In this document: positions 10,238 through 20,900 of the stretch, one piece after another | How the letters are laid out: each line of letters begins with the position of its first letter | Numbering within the stretch: position 1 is the stretch's first letter | DNA from: an uncultured Gammaproteobacteria bacterium | Lineage (GTDB): Bacteria; Patescibacteriota; Microgenomatia; UBA1406; GWC2-37-13 | DNA length: 64,000 nt | NCBI GenBank assembly: GCA_964490875.1 | Contig: CAZBEF010000007.1 | Span: 5,241 to 69,240, forward strand | Reading direction: 5' to 3' | The notes under the pieces: generated by a model | What the model was told of the DNA's origin: nothing | Database searches by the model: none | What the model saw: the letters and a program-made list of their open reading frames with translations, nothing else | Position numbers and translations under genes: made by a program

Positions 10238-12784
10238 ATGAGAGCGGAAAGAATACGTAATTGGATAAATTCTACGGTGTCAGGTGCAGCGGTTTTTGGA
10301 ATGCTGGGTGTACCAGGTATGGCCGAAGCTACACAACAGAGAAGATTCGACATTAATTCGGTTAATACTCCTGCTCCCATTTATCAGAAAGTTGAATATG
10401 GTCCTAAAACGCCTCCGATTTTTGTTGATGCAGCTAAAACTAAAAAGACGCCGGCTCAACAGGAACCAAATGTAAGTGAGCCTGAAGAATTTTTTAAAAC
10501 AGATCCAACTCCATTACGAATAAAATTAATTGCTGAAAAAACTAATATACCAGTAGAAGTGTTAAATGGCTATACTGATGCTCAAATTGCAGATATCTTT
10601 AAGGATCCAAAAAGCAATTTAGGAGCAATGTTAGTTGAAGAAAATCCTAAATGGGATGTCCCAACAATAACAACTCAGGAAGAAGGAATTATCGCGGATG
10701 CAAAGGAAAAGATAGACCAAACTTTTGCTCCCTATCAAGTAACTAAAGGCGGATTACCTGTTGCATCCAACTATTTATATTTGCCAAAAGTAACTTCAGC
10801 AGAAGTAAATAAACCATGGGAACCTCCGCAATTGCCTTTTACACGAGCCGAACTCTCAGGATTAATTGCAAAAGTTCAAACAGCTGAAAACAACCTTATT
10901 CCTAAACAACTGCCTGTAGAAGGGGAAAGCGGATGCCCGGGAGAAGGAATTGGTACTCCGGGTTATATACAACTTCCTGATGGGACTTTAAATATTATCG
11001 GTGAAAGTGCAGAGGCTGGTGAATTTATAAATAGTATTGTAGGTCCTGATTATTATTTATCATCTTATAAATATAAATTTCCGAACGGGAAATATGCTAC
11101 TGTATGGATGGATAAATTAGACCAAAAAGATGGATCTACTTCTTATAGTCTGAGCATACGGGAGTCAAACTTAGCTCCCGGAGCTGCATTTGGATTTGGA
11201 GAATTTACGATTGCGTCGGATATTAGTAAACTCAATTTACCGTATAGTGTGCTCGGTACACTTGCCAAGGGAAAATTTTTTCCAACAGCCCGGTTTGCTT
11301 TACGACATGCATGCCCAATTCTTGTGGATTATGCTCCAGAACAGCCGCTCAATAGCTCGGAGGTTAATTATTACCAATCTTATAATGCAGGTTTAATTGC
11401 AAAAGAAGGAGGATACCAACAAAGCAGCGATGTCTGGGGGCCAATGTTTGGAAGGGTATACTCAGATCCAAATTTCCCGTTTACAACTGCAGCTGCTCCT
11501 GAATGTTTCGAAGATCTGGGTCCACTTAAAAAAAAGAATAAAGCCGGTGTGCCGAGAATTCCATATGAAAGTAAAGTATGTAAATTAGGGGTTGATGCTT
11601 TTCTGGATGCTGCAGCGCTTGATCCACACTATCCAACACTTTATGCAATCAATGCATTATTACAAAAAGGCAATCCTGATGCAGTAATTGAAGCACCTGG
11701 CATACTACCTGGAGATACTACACCACGTAAATTATTTACCTACGTTATTGATAAATTTTCAGTAAAGGATGAGAATAAAAATGTAATTGGAATTAACAAG
11801 TTAGGAAGCGATCCTGAAATAGCAAGTCAGATTAGAGGAGCTGCTGCAGTTAGATTAGCTGCAGATTTGTGCTATAAATATCATGATCCTTTAGCATGTG
11901 CTGTTCTTCCTTCTTTATTAAATGGTATACAAGGTGCTATTGTTGGAGACGATGGTAAATTTGAAACAGAAGAATTGGGAACAATTCAGAGAAATGATAG
12001 CGTTGGAGCAGTACTGCCGGGATGGAGAAAAGTATCCCCTGCTAGTGGAGTGGTGTCAGCTGCACAAGACAAAGTAGTTCTTGAATTAGCAAGAAAATCT
12101 ATGTTGCAAGAGTTAATCGATTCTACCGGTATGACTCCTGAATCTTTAGATGTTTCTCGTATTACGGGAGAATCACAGATTGGTACAATAAAAGCTCTTG
12201 AGGCGGTACAGCAGTATGTTGATCCTTTATCTGCGACTAATGTATGTGATGTGCCTTCAACCTACAGAGTTATCCAACTTGATAAATCTTCGTCTTTAAT
12301 AGCTGTTCCTACTCATAATAGTGATACTCTTGACAGTCTCAGAATTGCTACCGGGGCGAGTAAGGTATGTGAGATGGAAAAAGGCATTGAAAACTGCAGA
12401 AATGGTCAGGGTATTGGTGAAAATAAACCATTATCACCAAATAAAGGATATAGGATATATGATGCTACGTACGATTTTGTAATGGCAGGCGATAGAGTAG
12501 CACATAATGAACAATCGGCATGTAACCTTGGGCCGAGCGGACCTAGTGATTGTGCTTTTCCTTCTCGTCCTTATCCGTTTGGATTGTGTAGTGTGAAGGC
12601 TTCAACTTTAGTAGACATGGGGACTAGAAATAATGGGTGTGAAAACGTTACCGTTTCTAAGTCTTTAGATGATGGTACAACTATAACGTTTCCGGGAGAA
12701 GATTTTATAATTTCACCTAATACAGAGGCGTATCGGCTGACAAGTACAAAAGATTGTACACTTACAATTGGCACTACTCCTTAA
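10238..12784 (+). CDS. secreted hypothetical protein (848 aa)
   Basis: Long ORF with a signal-peptide-like N-terminus (GAAVFGMLGVPGMAEA/TQQ). No domain recognised. Confidence 0.7.
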   Translation: MRAERIRNWINSTVSGAAVFGMLGVPGMAEATQQRRFDINSVNTPAPIYQKVEYGPKTPPIFVDAAKTKKTPAQQEPNVSEPEEFFKTDPTPLRIKLIAEKTNIPVEVLNGYTDAQIADIFKDPKSNLGAMLVEENPKWDVPTITTQEEGIIADAKEKIDQTFAPYQVTKGGLPVASNYLYLPKVTSAEVNKPWEPPQLPFTRAELSGLIAKVQTAENNLIPKQLPVEGESGCPGEGIGTPGYIQLPDGTLNIIGESAEAGEFINSIVGPDYYLSSYKYKFPNGKYATVWMDKLDQKDGSTSYSLSIRESNLAPGAAFGFGEFTIASDISKLNLPYSVLGTLAKGKFFPTARFALRHACPILVDYAPEQPLNSSEVNYYQSYNAGLIAKEGGYQQSSDVWGPMFGRVYSDPNFPFTTAAAPECFEDLGPLKKKNKAGVPRIPYESKVCKLGVDAFLDAAALDPHYPTLYAINALLQKGNPDAVIEAPGILPGDTTPRKLFTYVIDKFSVKDENKNVIGINKLGSDPEIASQIRGAAAVRLAADLCYKYHDPLACAVLPSLLNGIQGAIVGDDGKFETEELGTIQRNDSVGAVLPGWRKVSPASGVVSAAQDKVVLELARKSMLQELIDSTGMTPESLDVSRITGESQIGTIKALEAVQQYVDPLSATNVCDVPSTYRVIQLDKSSSLIAVPTHNSDTLDSLRIATGASKVCEMEKGIENCRNGQGIGENKPLSPNKGYRIYDATYDFVMAGDRVAHNEQSACNLGPSGPSDCAFPSRPYPFGLCSVKASTLVDMGTRNNGCENVTVSKSLDDGTTITFPGEDFIISPNTEAYRLTSTKDCTLTIGTTP

Positions 12785-13213
12785 AAATTACTTGCTAAAC
12801 GAAATAAAACTGGCAGGGGAGTAAGAAGAAGAACTCAGATGCAGTGGCTTACTCACAAAAACAACGAATAACACAATAAGTGCTAGTATAATCCAGTCAT
12901 TATTCTCCTTGTTTGATGTTAACGATAAACTCATATTTCAAATAAACTAATATATTCAGCAACGAAAAGTGTCTTATATTCCCGCTGCAAAAACAGTCCA
13001 GAAGTCGCTCATCAGTGATCCTTCAAAAAACCGTTTAGTTTTTGCGGAAATCATTTCAACAAATCCGCTTATATCCACTGACGGCAGTGTAATATCCTGA
13101 GTCCACGGATACGACACGCGAGTTGTGTTAATTAGTAAATGTGACATATAAATTTAGAATAAACAGAGCGGATAAAAAATAATGTAAGATACCGTAAGAA
13201 AAAGGGAAGAATG

Positions 13214-16200
13214 CTACGGCGATCCGGTTATAGGAGTGAAGTTTACCGAAGATCCGTTGTTCATGATAGTTTTTATTTGAAGTGGGGTTAATGCATAATT
13301 AAATATCCTAACATCATCTATCTGACCATTAAAATTATATTCTGTATTAGGAGTAGCATCATCTCCTGCACCGATAATAGTATGAGTTGAAGTATCAGAA
13401 ATGGCACAAGAATCGGTTTTTGTTTTATCGAGAATTCCATTTTTATAAATTAAAAGGTCGCTGCCATTATATACTCCTACAACATGCGTCCATGAATTCA
13501 AAGGAACAGAGCTAACGCTAGTTGTCCCATATGAACCGCATTCACGAAGAAAATCAATTTGTGAAAGACCATTGATATCTAGATACCATTGTCCTGAAGT
13601 ACCAAAATTATATTTGGAAACGATGCGGCCTGCAGCAGACGGTACACTGGCTGGTTTTATCCATGCAGAGATACTGAACGGAACATTCCCTGTGAAATCA
13701 TAATTATCGCCCAGATCGACAGAGTCATTAGTACCATCAAAGCTTAATGAAGAATTAAATTTTCCATTCGCGCCGTTTTTCCATGCTGCGGTTGCTGCAC
13801 CGGTACATGTTCCGGCTGAAGTATTCGAACCAGTGGCGCCGATTGTAATTGTTCCATTATTTCCCGTTGTATTTTCGGTAAGATTAGGGGAGCTGTCATA
13901 TGCTGTAGTACCCTGGCATTCATCAAATTGGTACCATGCCACCGGCCCGCCATTGTTATAATCCCAGGCAATTTGCGCAGGAGTCCGTACATAATTATAT
14001 ATTTTTACATCATCTATAGTCCCGTTAAAGTTACTAGTGTTTGTTTTATGAGCACCGATTATAAAATCATTATTACCATCATAAGTAGTATCAGTTCCGT
14101 ATACACCTGAAAATGCGCTTTGAGTTGTATACGTAACTTCTGCTCCGTTAATATACATATGTATTTTCCTATCAGTAGAATTATTATAAGTAATATAAAA
14201 GTGATACCAGACACCTGTTGTTACACCCGTGGCTCTGGATATTGCATTATTTTTCAAAGATGAATCAAAATAAACAGTTCCGCTGATATTCACTACACCA
14301 AAATGCCAAATATGATCATCATTTCTACTTTTACCGGCAATAATTTCACCATTATTAACACCAGGTAGAGATTTCAATTTTATCCAGGCTGAAGCGCTAA
14401 AATTATTCGGCGGTAAATTACTTAGTGAAGAAGGGTTTGTTACTAATATATAATCATTGGTTCCATCAAAATCAAGTCCTTTACCAATTTTGCCTGCTAC
14501 CCAATCCGCCTGAGTCATACTTCCATTCATTGAACCAATATTGTTATTTCCGGAGGAATCAATAACGGTGGTTGTACCGTTGCCTTCATCCATTTTGAAC
14601 CATCCGACTGGAGCATTACATGTTGAAGTATCTCCTGGGACACAAAATGCACGGGCGGAAGAATTATCGGCTGTTATACCATTTGAAGCAGTTGAAACCA
14701 CACCCATGACAGTAGACTGCCCTTGGTTATAATCTAATTTAATCTGATCATCGGTAAGCGCTCCTCTATATATTTTTACTTCATCTATATCGCCGTTGAA
14801 TTCATCACCATTATCGGTGCCATCACGATCACCGATGTACAGTGAAACAGCATTGGAGAGGGAACTGGTAGCACCGAGTGATGTATTAGATCCCTCGAGT
14901 CTGCCATCAACAAAAATATCAATTTTTGAAGTACCCGTCTTTCGTGCTGCGATATAATGCCATGCCTGGTCAAACACATTGGTGGTAGACTGCGCCTGAT
15001 CATCTGGTGTCCAGCTGGTATCATCATCTATCGCAAATACTACTTTACCACTTGATGATCCATAGATTCCATATCCTTGAGATGTTGCTGAAGATTTATT
15101 GAGAATGTACTGTGTTCCTGATGCGGTACCATCAGATTTGATCCATGCAGTAAGGGTAAAATCATCTGCTGCTGCGAAATCAAAGTCATCATCATCGGCA
15201 CGTGATGCCCATTGGGCAGCATTGCCATCAAATGCTGCTCCATATTTTCCAGATAATGTAATTCCTCCTGAAGTACCCGAAAATACTAAATCATTGGCAT
15301 TGATTGAAACATCACAGAAATCATTTGTTCCACCGGAGCAAGTATTTAAAGCTCCTTCATCAAACTGCCAGTAGCCAACTTGGGAGCCAATAGGGGAACC
15401 ACCGATGGGGTGTCCGCCGTTCATATCTTCAATTACTTGTGCAGGAGAGCGAGTGTAGTTGTAGATACTAACGTCATCGATTTTTCCGGTGAAATCAAAA
15501 CCACCTAAACCATCTTCACCGATTGTTACATCATAACTAGAGTTAGATATGGTGGTAGATAAAGCAATTGTTTTTACTAGAATGCCATCTATATAAAATC
15601 GAATATTCGAACTGTCGTAGGTACAAGCAATGTAATGCCAATTCTTATCCAGAGTAAGCGCATTAGCTGAGTTAGTATTGTTACCGTTTACGTCGCAATA
15701 GAATGCTACTCGAGATAATCTGATCGAGTATTCTCCTGTGCCATGACTCCCTTTCGCAATAATTTCTCCAGAATCACTATCTCCTGCAGCTAGAAGTTGA
15801 ACCCATGCGCCTAATGTAAAGTTTTGTGAAGTTAGTTTATCATTATCTGCAATATATGCACTATTATTACTGCCATTAAAGGATAAACCTTTACCAAATT
15901 TTCCACTATCCCAACTTGGTGCAACTGTAAAAGCCCCATTGTTTTGATTACCACTACTATCAATAATACTTGACCCAGTACCCTCATCCATATTCCATTT
16001 CGCCACAGGTCCAGGAGCATAATTGTATAAAGCAGAAATTTCAGAAGGAGAAAGGGCACGATTATACAGTCTTGCTTCATCCAAGTCACCTTGAAATTCA
16101 TATTGGTTTAGATAAGCTGTTGACCACTGACCAAAAAGAACTTTATCAGAGGTGAATTTAACTGCTTTTGTAAGATCCCAGCCTTTATCAAAAGTACCGT

Positions 16201-17848
16201 TTATATAAAATTCAACTCTATTTCCTTTGCTTTTATATACTAAAACTACATGCACCCATTCACCAACTGTTGCATTAAAATTAGTAGCTTTATCTGCGTA
16301 TTCTCTTGTTTCATCTTGGTAACCTATAGAAACCCTAAAATTGTTATATAAGTTGATTCCTAGATTCGCATTAACGCTATGGTTATGCTTTGCGAATACC
16401 CCTTTCAAATTACCAGTTACTAAACTAGGTTTCACCCAAATACTATAAGTTTGATCACCACTTAAGTCAAAAGTGTCGCTACTTAAAGTATAATCATCAT
16501 TACCGTCAAAATGAGCACCGTTACCGAATTTTCCCACGCCATATGTTGTATCTCCTGACCAAGAGGCAGAGTGAGAATTACCAGAAAAGTCATTATTTGG
16601 AGTAGAAGTTTCATCCATTTTCCAATATCCAACCAGACCCGTAGAGAGATTTTTATTCATGTCGGAATTACCCATCGAAACACCAGCACCTTTCACACTT
16701 CCGCGAGAATTAAAATCTATTTTTACTTGGTCTGCAGAACGGGCATATGGGTATACTTTCACTGAATCAATAAATCCATCCCACGGATTAGCAAATCCAT
16801 TCTCAATTCCTAGCCGGAAAGCGGGGGAAGAGCCAGACAAAGATCCGGCTGTATAGGCTGTTTCCGTTATCTGTTTTCCATCAATATACAAATATATTTT
16901 AGTAGTCGCTGTGTCCTTCACACCACTCACATAATGCCATTGCGAATCGGCGTAACTGGTGGTGGTACAAGCAGAATTGGCAGGAAACGATCCTGCAGAT
17001 TGATCTATACCAAAGCATATATATCCGGAAGAATCCATATAGATTTTGTATCCAACTCCATTGGCATCGGCTCCATCAACACGGGAAATAATAACATCAG
17101 TCCCAGCTTGAATCGATGTGTGTTTAAACCAGGCGCTGACAGAAAAGCCTGCCGTTCCCGGATCAAGTTCTGTGTCTGAAGAGTAGGATTTTGAAACATA
17201 ATCATTTGAGCCGTCAAACTTCAGACACGATCCATTAACACACAAATCAGAAGCAGTCCAAGTTGGCGCACTGGTTGTAGTTCCAAGAGTTCCTGAATTT
17301 GCATTTAACGTATCATCATTTAAAGTAGAACCATTATTTTCATTCATGCTCCAGGAAAGAACAGGACCAACTGTTTGTTCTTCTGAAGCGGCAGTTGGAC
17401 CGGAGTTAGGACTGAAGGTAGATTGAGAAAATTGAGCAGCTTCGGTACCATTTGCTGCAGTTGAGTTTCCATAATAATGATAAATAATACTTCCACCCGC
17501 CGGAATTGACGGCATCAAAACATAATAATCGGTTGAATTCGTATTACACGCACCTCCTGCAGTATCAATATAATATTTCAGCAATTTACCGGCTGCATCG
17601 GTGAATCGAGAGTCTCCGCAGTCACTTTGCATTTTATTGGCAGTAATGAGAGTTGATGTGTCAATATCCAGTTTTACTTTTTTATTACCATCTGCAGAAC
17701 CGGTGTTGCCAATTGAAATGGCAACTCTATAGATCCAGTTGTCATCGAACCATCCGGCGTCCGGTTTTGCATGAGGCCATAACAGCCATGCACCTAAAAT
17801 CGTTATGATAAGAGGGAAAACAAGGAGCCGGTTCCATTTCAATCTCAT
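13214..17848 (-). CDS. DUF2341-like + 6x LamG (Laminin_G_3-type) surface protein, paralogue 1
   Basis: 1544-aa ORF with anchor MRLKWNRLLVFPLIITILGAWLLWPH. DUF2341-like motifs: WFDD..YR, DCGDSRFTD..GKLLKYY, YHYYGN. Six modules each end in a motif like IDxVKIYNxAxoxxQI, preceded by FDGxNDY and W.HV motifs. The C-terminus is NFTPITGSP. TATAAT lies 6 nt upstream of the ATG. Confidence 0.85.
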   Translation of the reverse strand: MRLKWNRLLVFPLIITILGAWLLWPHAKPDAGWFDDNWIYRVAISIGNTGSADGNKKVKLDIDTSTLITANKMQSDCGDSRFTDAAGKLLKYYIDTAGGACNTNSTDYYVLMPSIPAGGSIIYHYYGNSTAANGTEAAQFSQSTFSPNSGPTAASEEQTVGPVLSWSMNENNGSTLNDDTLNANSGTLGTTTSAPTWTASDLCVNGSCLKFDGSNDYVSKSYSSDTELDPGTAGFSVSAWFKHTSIQAGTDVIISRVDGADANGVGYKIYMDSSGYICFGIDQSAGSFPANSACTTTSYADSQWHYVSGVKDTATTKIYLYIDGKQITETAYTAGSLSGSSPAFRLGIENGFANPWDGFIDSVKVYPYARSADQVKIDFNSRGSVKGAGVSMGNSDMNKNLSTGLVGYWKMDETSTPNNDFSGNSHSASWSGDTTYGVGKFGNGAHFDGNDDYTLSSDTFDLSGDQTYSIWVKPSLVTGNLKGVFAKHNHSVNANLGINLYNNFRVSIGYQDETREYADKATNFNATVGEWVHVVLVYKSKGNRVEFYINGTFDKGWDLTKAVKFTSDKVLFGQWSTAYLNQYEFQGDLDEARLYNRALSPSEISALYNYAPGPVAKWNMDEGTGSSIIDSSGNQNNGAFTVAPSWDSGKFGKGLSFNGSNNSAYIADNDKLTSQNFTLGAWVQLLAAGDSDSGEIIAKGSHGTGEYSIRLSRVAFYCDVNGNNTNSANALTLDKNWHYIACTYDSSNIRFYIDGILVKTIALSTTISNSSYDVTIGEDGLGGFDFTGKIDDVSIYNYTRSPAQVIEDMNGGHPIGGSPIGSQVGYWQFDEGALNTCSGGTNDFCDVSINANDLVFSGTSGGITLSGKYGAAFDGNAAQWASRADDDDFDFAAADDFTLTAWIKSDGTASGTQYILNKSSATSQGYGIYGSSSGKVVFAIDDDTSWTPDDQAQSTTNVFDQAWHYIAARKTGTSKIDIFVDGRLEGSNTSLGATSSLSNAVSLYIGDRDGTDNGDEFNGDIDEVKIYRGALTDDQIKLDYNQGQSTVMGVVSTASNGITADNSSARAFCVPGDTSTCNAPVGWFKMDEGNGTTTVIDSSGNNNIGSMNGSMTQADWVAGKIGKGLDFDGTNDYILVTNPSSLSNLPPNNFSASAWIKLKSLPGVNNGEIIAGKSRNDDHIWHFGVVNISGTVYFDSSLKNNAISRATGVTTGVWYHFYITYNNSTDRKIHMYINGAEVTYTTQSAFSGVYGTDTTYDGNNDFIIGAHKTNTSNFNGTIDDVKIYNYVRTPAQIAWDYNNGGPVAWYQFDECQGTTAYDSSPNLTENTTGNNGTITIGATGSNTSAGTCTGAATAAWKNGANGKFNSSLSFDGTNDSVDLGDNYDFTGNVPFSISAWIKPASVPSAAGRIVSKYNFGTSGQWYLDINGLSQIDFLRECGSYGTTSVSSVPLNSWTHVVGVYNGSDLLIYKNGILDKTKTDSCAISDTSTHTIIGAGDDATPNTEYNFNGQIDDVRIFNYALTPLQIKTIMNNGSSVNFTPITGSP
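14714..15436 (-). repeat. conserved LamG module 4 cassette, copy in paralogue 1
   Basis: IEDMNGGHPIGGSPIGSQVGYW.FDEG ... FTLTAWIKSDGTASGTQYILNKSSATSQGYGIYGSSSGKVVFAIDDDTSWTPDDQAQSTTN.FDQ.WHYIAARKTGTSKID.F.DGRLEGS.TSLGA..SLSNAV..Y.GDRDGTDNGDEFNGD.DEVKIYRGALTD.QIK is shared by all four genes. Confidence 0.85.
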
Positions 17849-17854
17849 GGATTC

Positions 17855-17860
17855 ATTATA
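17855..17860 (-). promoter_or_regulatory. -10 box TATAAT, 6 nt upstream of the LamG paralogue 1 ATG (leaderless-type)
   Basis: Minus strand: ctacTATAATgaatccATG. Confidence 0.5.
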
Positions 17861-17929
17861 GTAGTAATATATATAGAAAAAAAGGAAGTATTTATGGATC
17901 CCACATCAGGTACGGGTTGACGCTTAATT

Positions 17930-20900
17930 TTATGGTGATCCGGTAATCGGGGCAAAATTTACTGCAGAGTTATTATTCATAACCGTTTTAATTTGAGCAT
18001 CGGTAAGTGCATATCGATATATTCGAACATCATCTATCTGTCCAATAAAAAATTCGCCTGTTGTATCGGTTGCACCGATATAAACAGTAGCGTTATCTGC
18101 ATCCGGAACTATACTGCCATTATCTACCCAGTTTCCCGTATATCGCTTACCATTGTAATACATCTTTATGGTACTTGAATCTCCTACGGTCATTGAATAT
18201 ACAACATGCTGCCACGTTCCAGTTGTTACCGGTGTTTGGGTTGTGGTATAGCAACCACCATCGACTGTACTGAAAATACAAAATTCTAATTGTCCAGCGT
18301 AACTTATTTGTGCATAATAACCATTCCCGGAAGCTCCTGGTTTGGCTAATATTGAGGAATATGTATTACCACCGATCGGCAAACTAGAAGGTTTTATCCA
18401 TGCAGAAATAGTCATTGTTTCTCCGCTGGCAAAATCGAAAGCGCTTTTAGTTGAATCGGTGATACTCACATAGTCATTGGTTCCATCCAAACTCAATGAG
18501 GATTTTATTTTTCCATTCACACCATTTTTCCATGCTTCGGTTGCTGCTCCGGTACACGTTCCTGCAGAAGTATTAGAACCGGTTGCTCCAATCGTAATAG
18601 CTCCGTTCATCCCTGTGGCACTAAAATTATTATTCGGCGAACTGTCATAGGAAGTGGTTCCCTGGCATTCATCGAACCGGTACCAGGCCGCCGGTCCGCC
18701 ATTGTTGTAATCCCAGGCAATCTGAGCGGGAGTACGGGCATAGTCATAATAACGAACATCGTCGATGATGCCATTGAATACTCCTGAACCATTTACACCG
18801 CCGATAAAAATCGCAAGCCGTGACTGATATGATAAAGTGCCTGTAGTGGCTTCTTGCGCAGCTACTTTTCCATCAATGTATATGTATTTATTAGTGCCAT
18901 CGTAAACAATACTTACATGTGTCCATTTGTTTGCCGTAAGAACATTACCGGTATCTAATGAATTATCAGATAAACCATAGCCTTGATGGCGTATTGCGCC
19001 ACCATCGAGCATTGACATCCGCCAGAAATTGTTAGCTGTTCTTGCGATAATGTACGGGTTAGATGGCTGGTTTAGTGTTGCAGGATTAATCCAAGCTGAC
19101 ACGGTATAACTGCCGGTTCCATCTAACACTGCAGAATACGTATTGGTAAAACTATTATCGTCGGATCCGTCAAATTTTAATCCAGATCCGTGTCTCCCGC
19201 GGGTCCACTCTGGATCAGAACTTTCAACACCGCTGCCACTTCCTAGGTATAAAAATAAACCATTGTTCATTATATCAGCGACTGTCTGACCGGCATGCTC
19301 CTCAAAGCGGAAATCAAGTATTGGCGGATTGCATGTTGCCGTATCTCCGGGTACACAATATTCTCTTGATGCGGAATTATCGGCGGTGCCATTTGAAGCA
19401 GTTGACTTAGCGCCCATCACCGTAGACTGCCCCTGGTTATAGTCCATTTTAATCTGTTCATCAGTTAAAGCGCCGCGGTATATTTTCACTTCATCAACAT
19501 CGCCGTTGAATTCATCGCCATTGTCTGTACCGTCACGGTCACCGACATAGAAGGAGACAGCATTGGAGAGAGAACCGGTTGCACCTAAGGATGTGTCTGA
19601 TCCTTCGAGTCTACCATCAACAAAGATATCAATCTTTGAAGTACCTGTTTTTCTTGCTGCGATGTGATGCCATGCCTGGTCAAAGATATTGGTTGTCGAC
19701 TGCGCCTGATCATCGGGAGTCCAGGAAGTATCATCATCTATCGCAAACACTACTTTACCCGAAGAAGATCCATAGATACCATATCCTTGTGAAGTTGCTG
19801 AGGATTTATTGAGGATATATTGAGTCCCCGACGCAGTGCCGTCTGTTTTTATCCATGTTGTTAGGGTGAAATCTTCTGCTGCTGCAAAATCAAAGTCGGC
19901 ATCATCGGCACGGGACACATACCGGCTGGCGTTCCCATCCCACGCCCGTCCATGCATTCCTGAAAGAGTCCATGCGGAGGTAGCCGTTGATAACGTGAGA
20001 TCGTTGGCATTTGGTGATGTGTCGTATGCAGTGGTACTATTTCCTTCATCAAACTTCCAGTATCCGACCTGAGAGCCAATGGGGGAACCGCCAACCGGAT
20101 GCCCGCCATTCATATCTTCTATAATTTGCGCCGTAGTACGTGCATAGTTGTAGATTTTAATATCGTCAAAGGTTGCGGGAGTATCGGTATCCGTACCGTT
20201 GTCAGCTCCGATATAAAAATTATTAATCTGAGTATCTATGAGAGAATAACTGGAAGTGGTCCCAACACTTACTCCATTAACAAATAATTCCGTAGTACCA
20301 TCACTGCGCCATACCGCTGCAACATGATACCAAGTACCCACCGTGGGAGCAGAAGTAGTTATTCTATTGATACTTCCACTATTGCTATACTCAAATCTTA
20401 AATTTGATGTTGAAGACTGAAGATAGAGTTCCATCGCATCATTGTCATCGCTTCTTCGAAGTTGTAGTAATTCTCTATATACGCCGCCTAAACCGCCATT
20501 CATCTTGTACCAAAACGAAATAGTCCCCTGATATTCATTTATATTGGCATTTGTAGCAGAATTGCTTAAATTTAAATAATCGTTTGCACCATCTAATTCT
20601 ATGGCAGAGCCAAATTTACCGGGCACCCAGGCGCTTGCTATAATTCCGCCACTCATAGAACCTGAAAGTCCATTTCCAGATTTGTCATAGACAGTAGAAG
20701 TCCCTGCTTTTTCATTGAGATCATAATAAACTGAAGTACCTGGTGTCCAATTATACAGAGACTTCAGTTCAGCAGTAGAAAGCGCGCGGTTATAAGCGCG
20801 TACTTCATCTATTGTTCCTTTAAACGTATCACTATTTCCATCCCACGAACCGATATAGGCAGCAGCAGCGCCATTGGATGCGAGGGTGTAATTACATGGG

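Noticed and set aside
12788-13150. Two small minus-strand ORFs in the 430-bp gap after LamG paralogue 1 (48 aa with one TM segment at 12788-12934; about 57 aa near 12975-13148)
   Set aside because: They lack a convincing promoter or SD at the right spacing and have no recognisable motifs. They cannot be supported from sequence alone.
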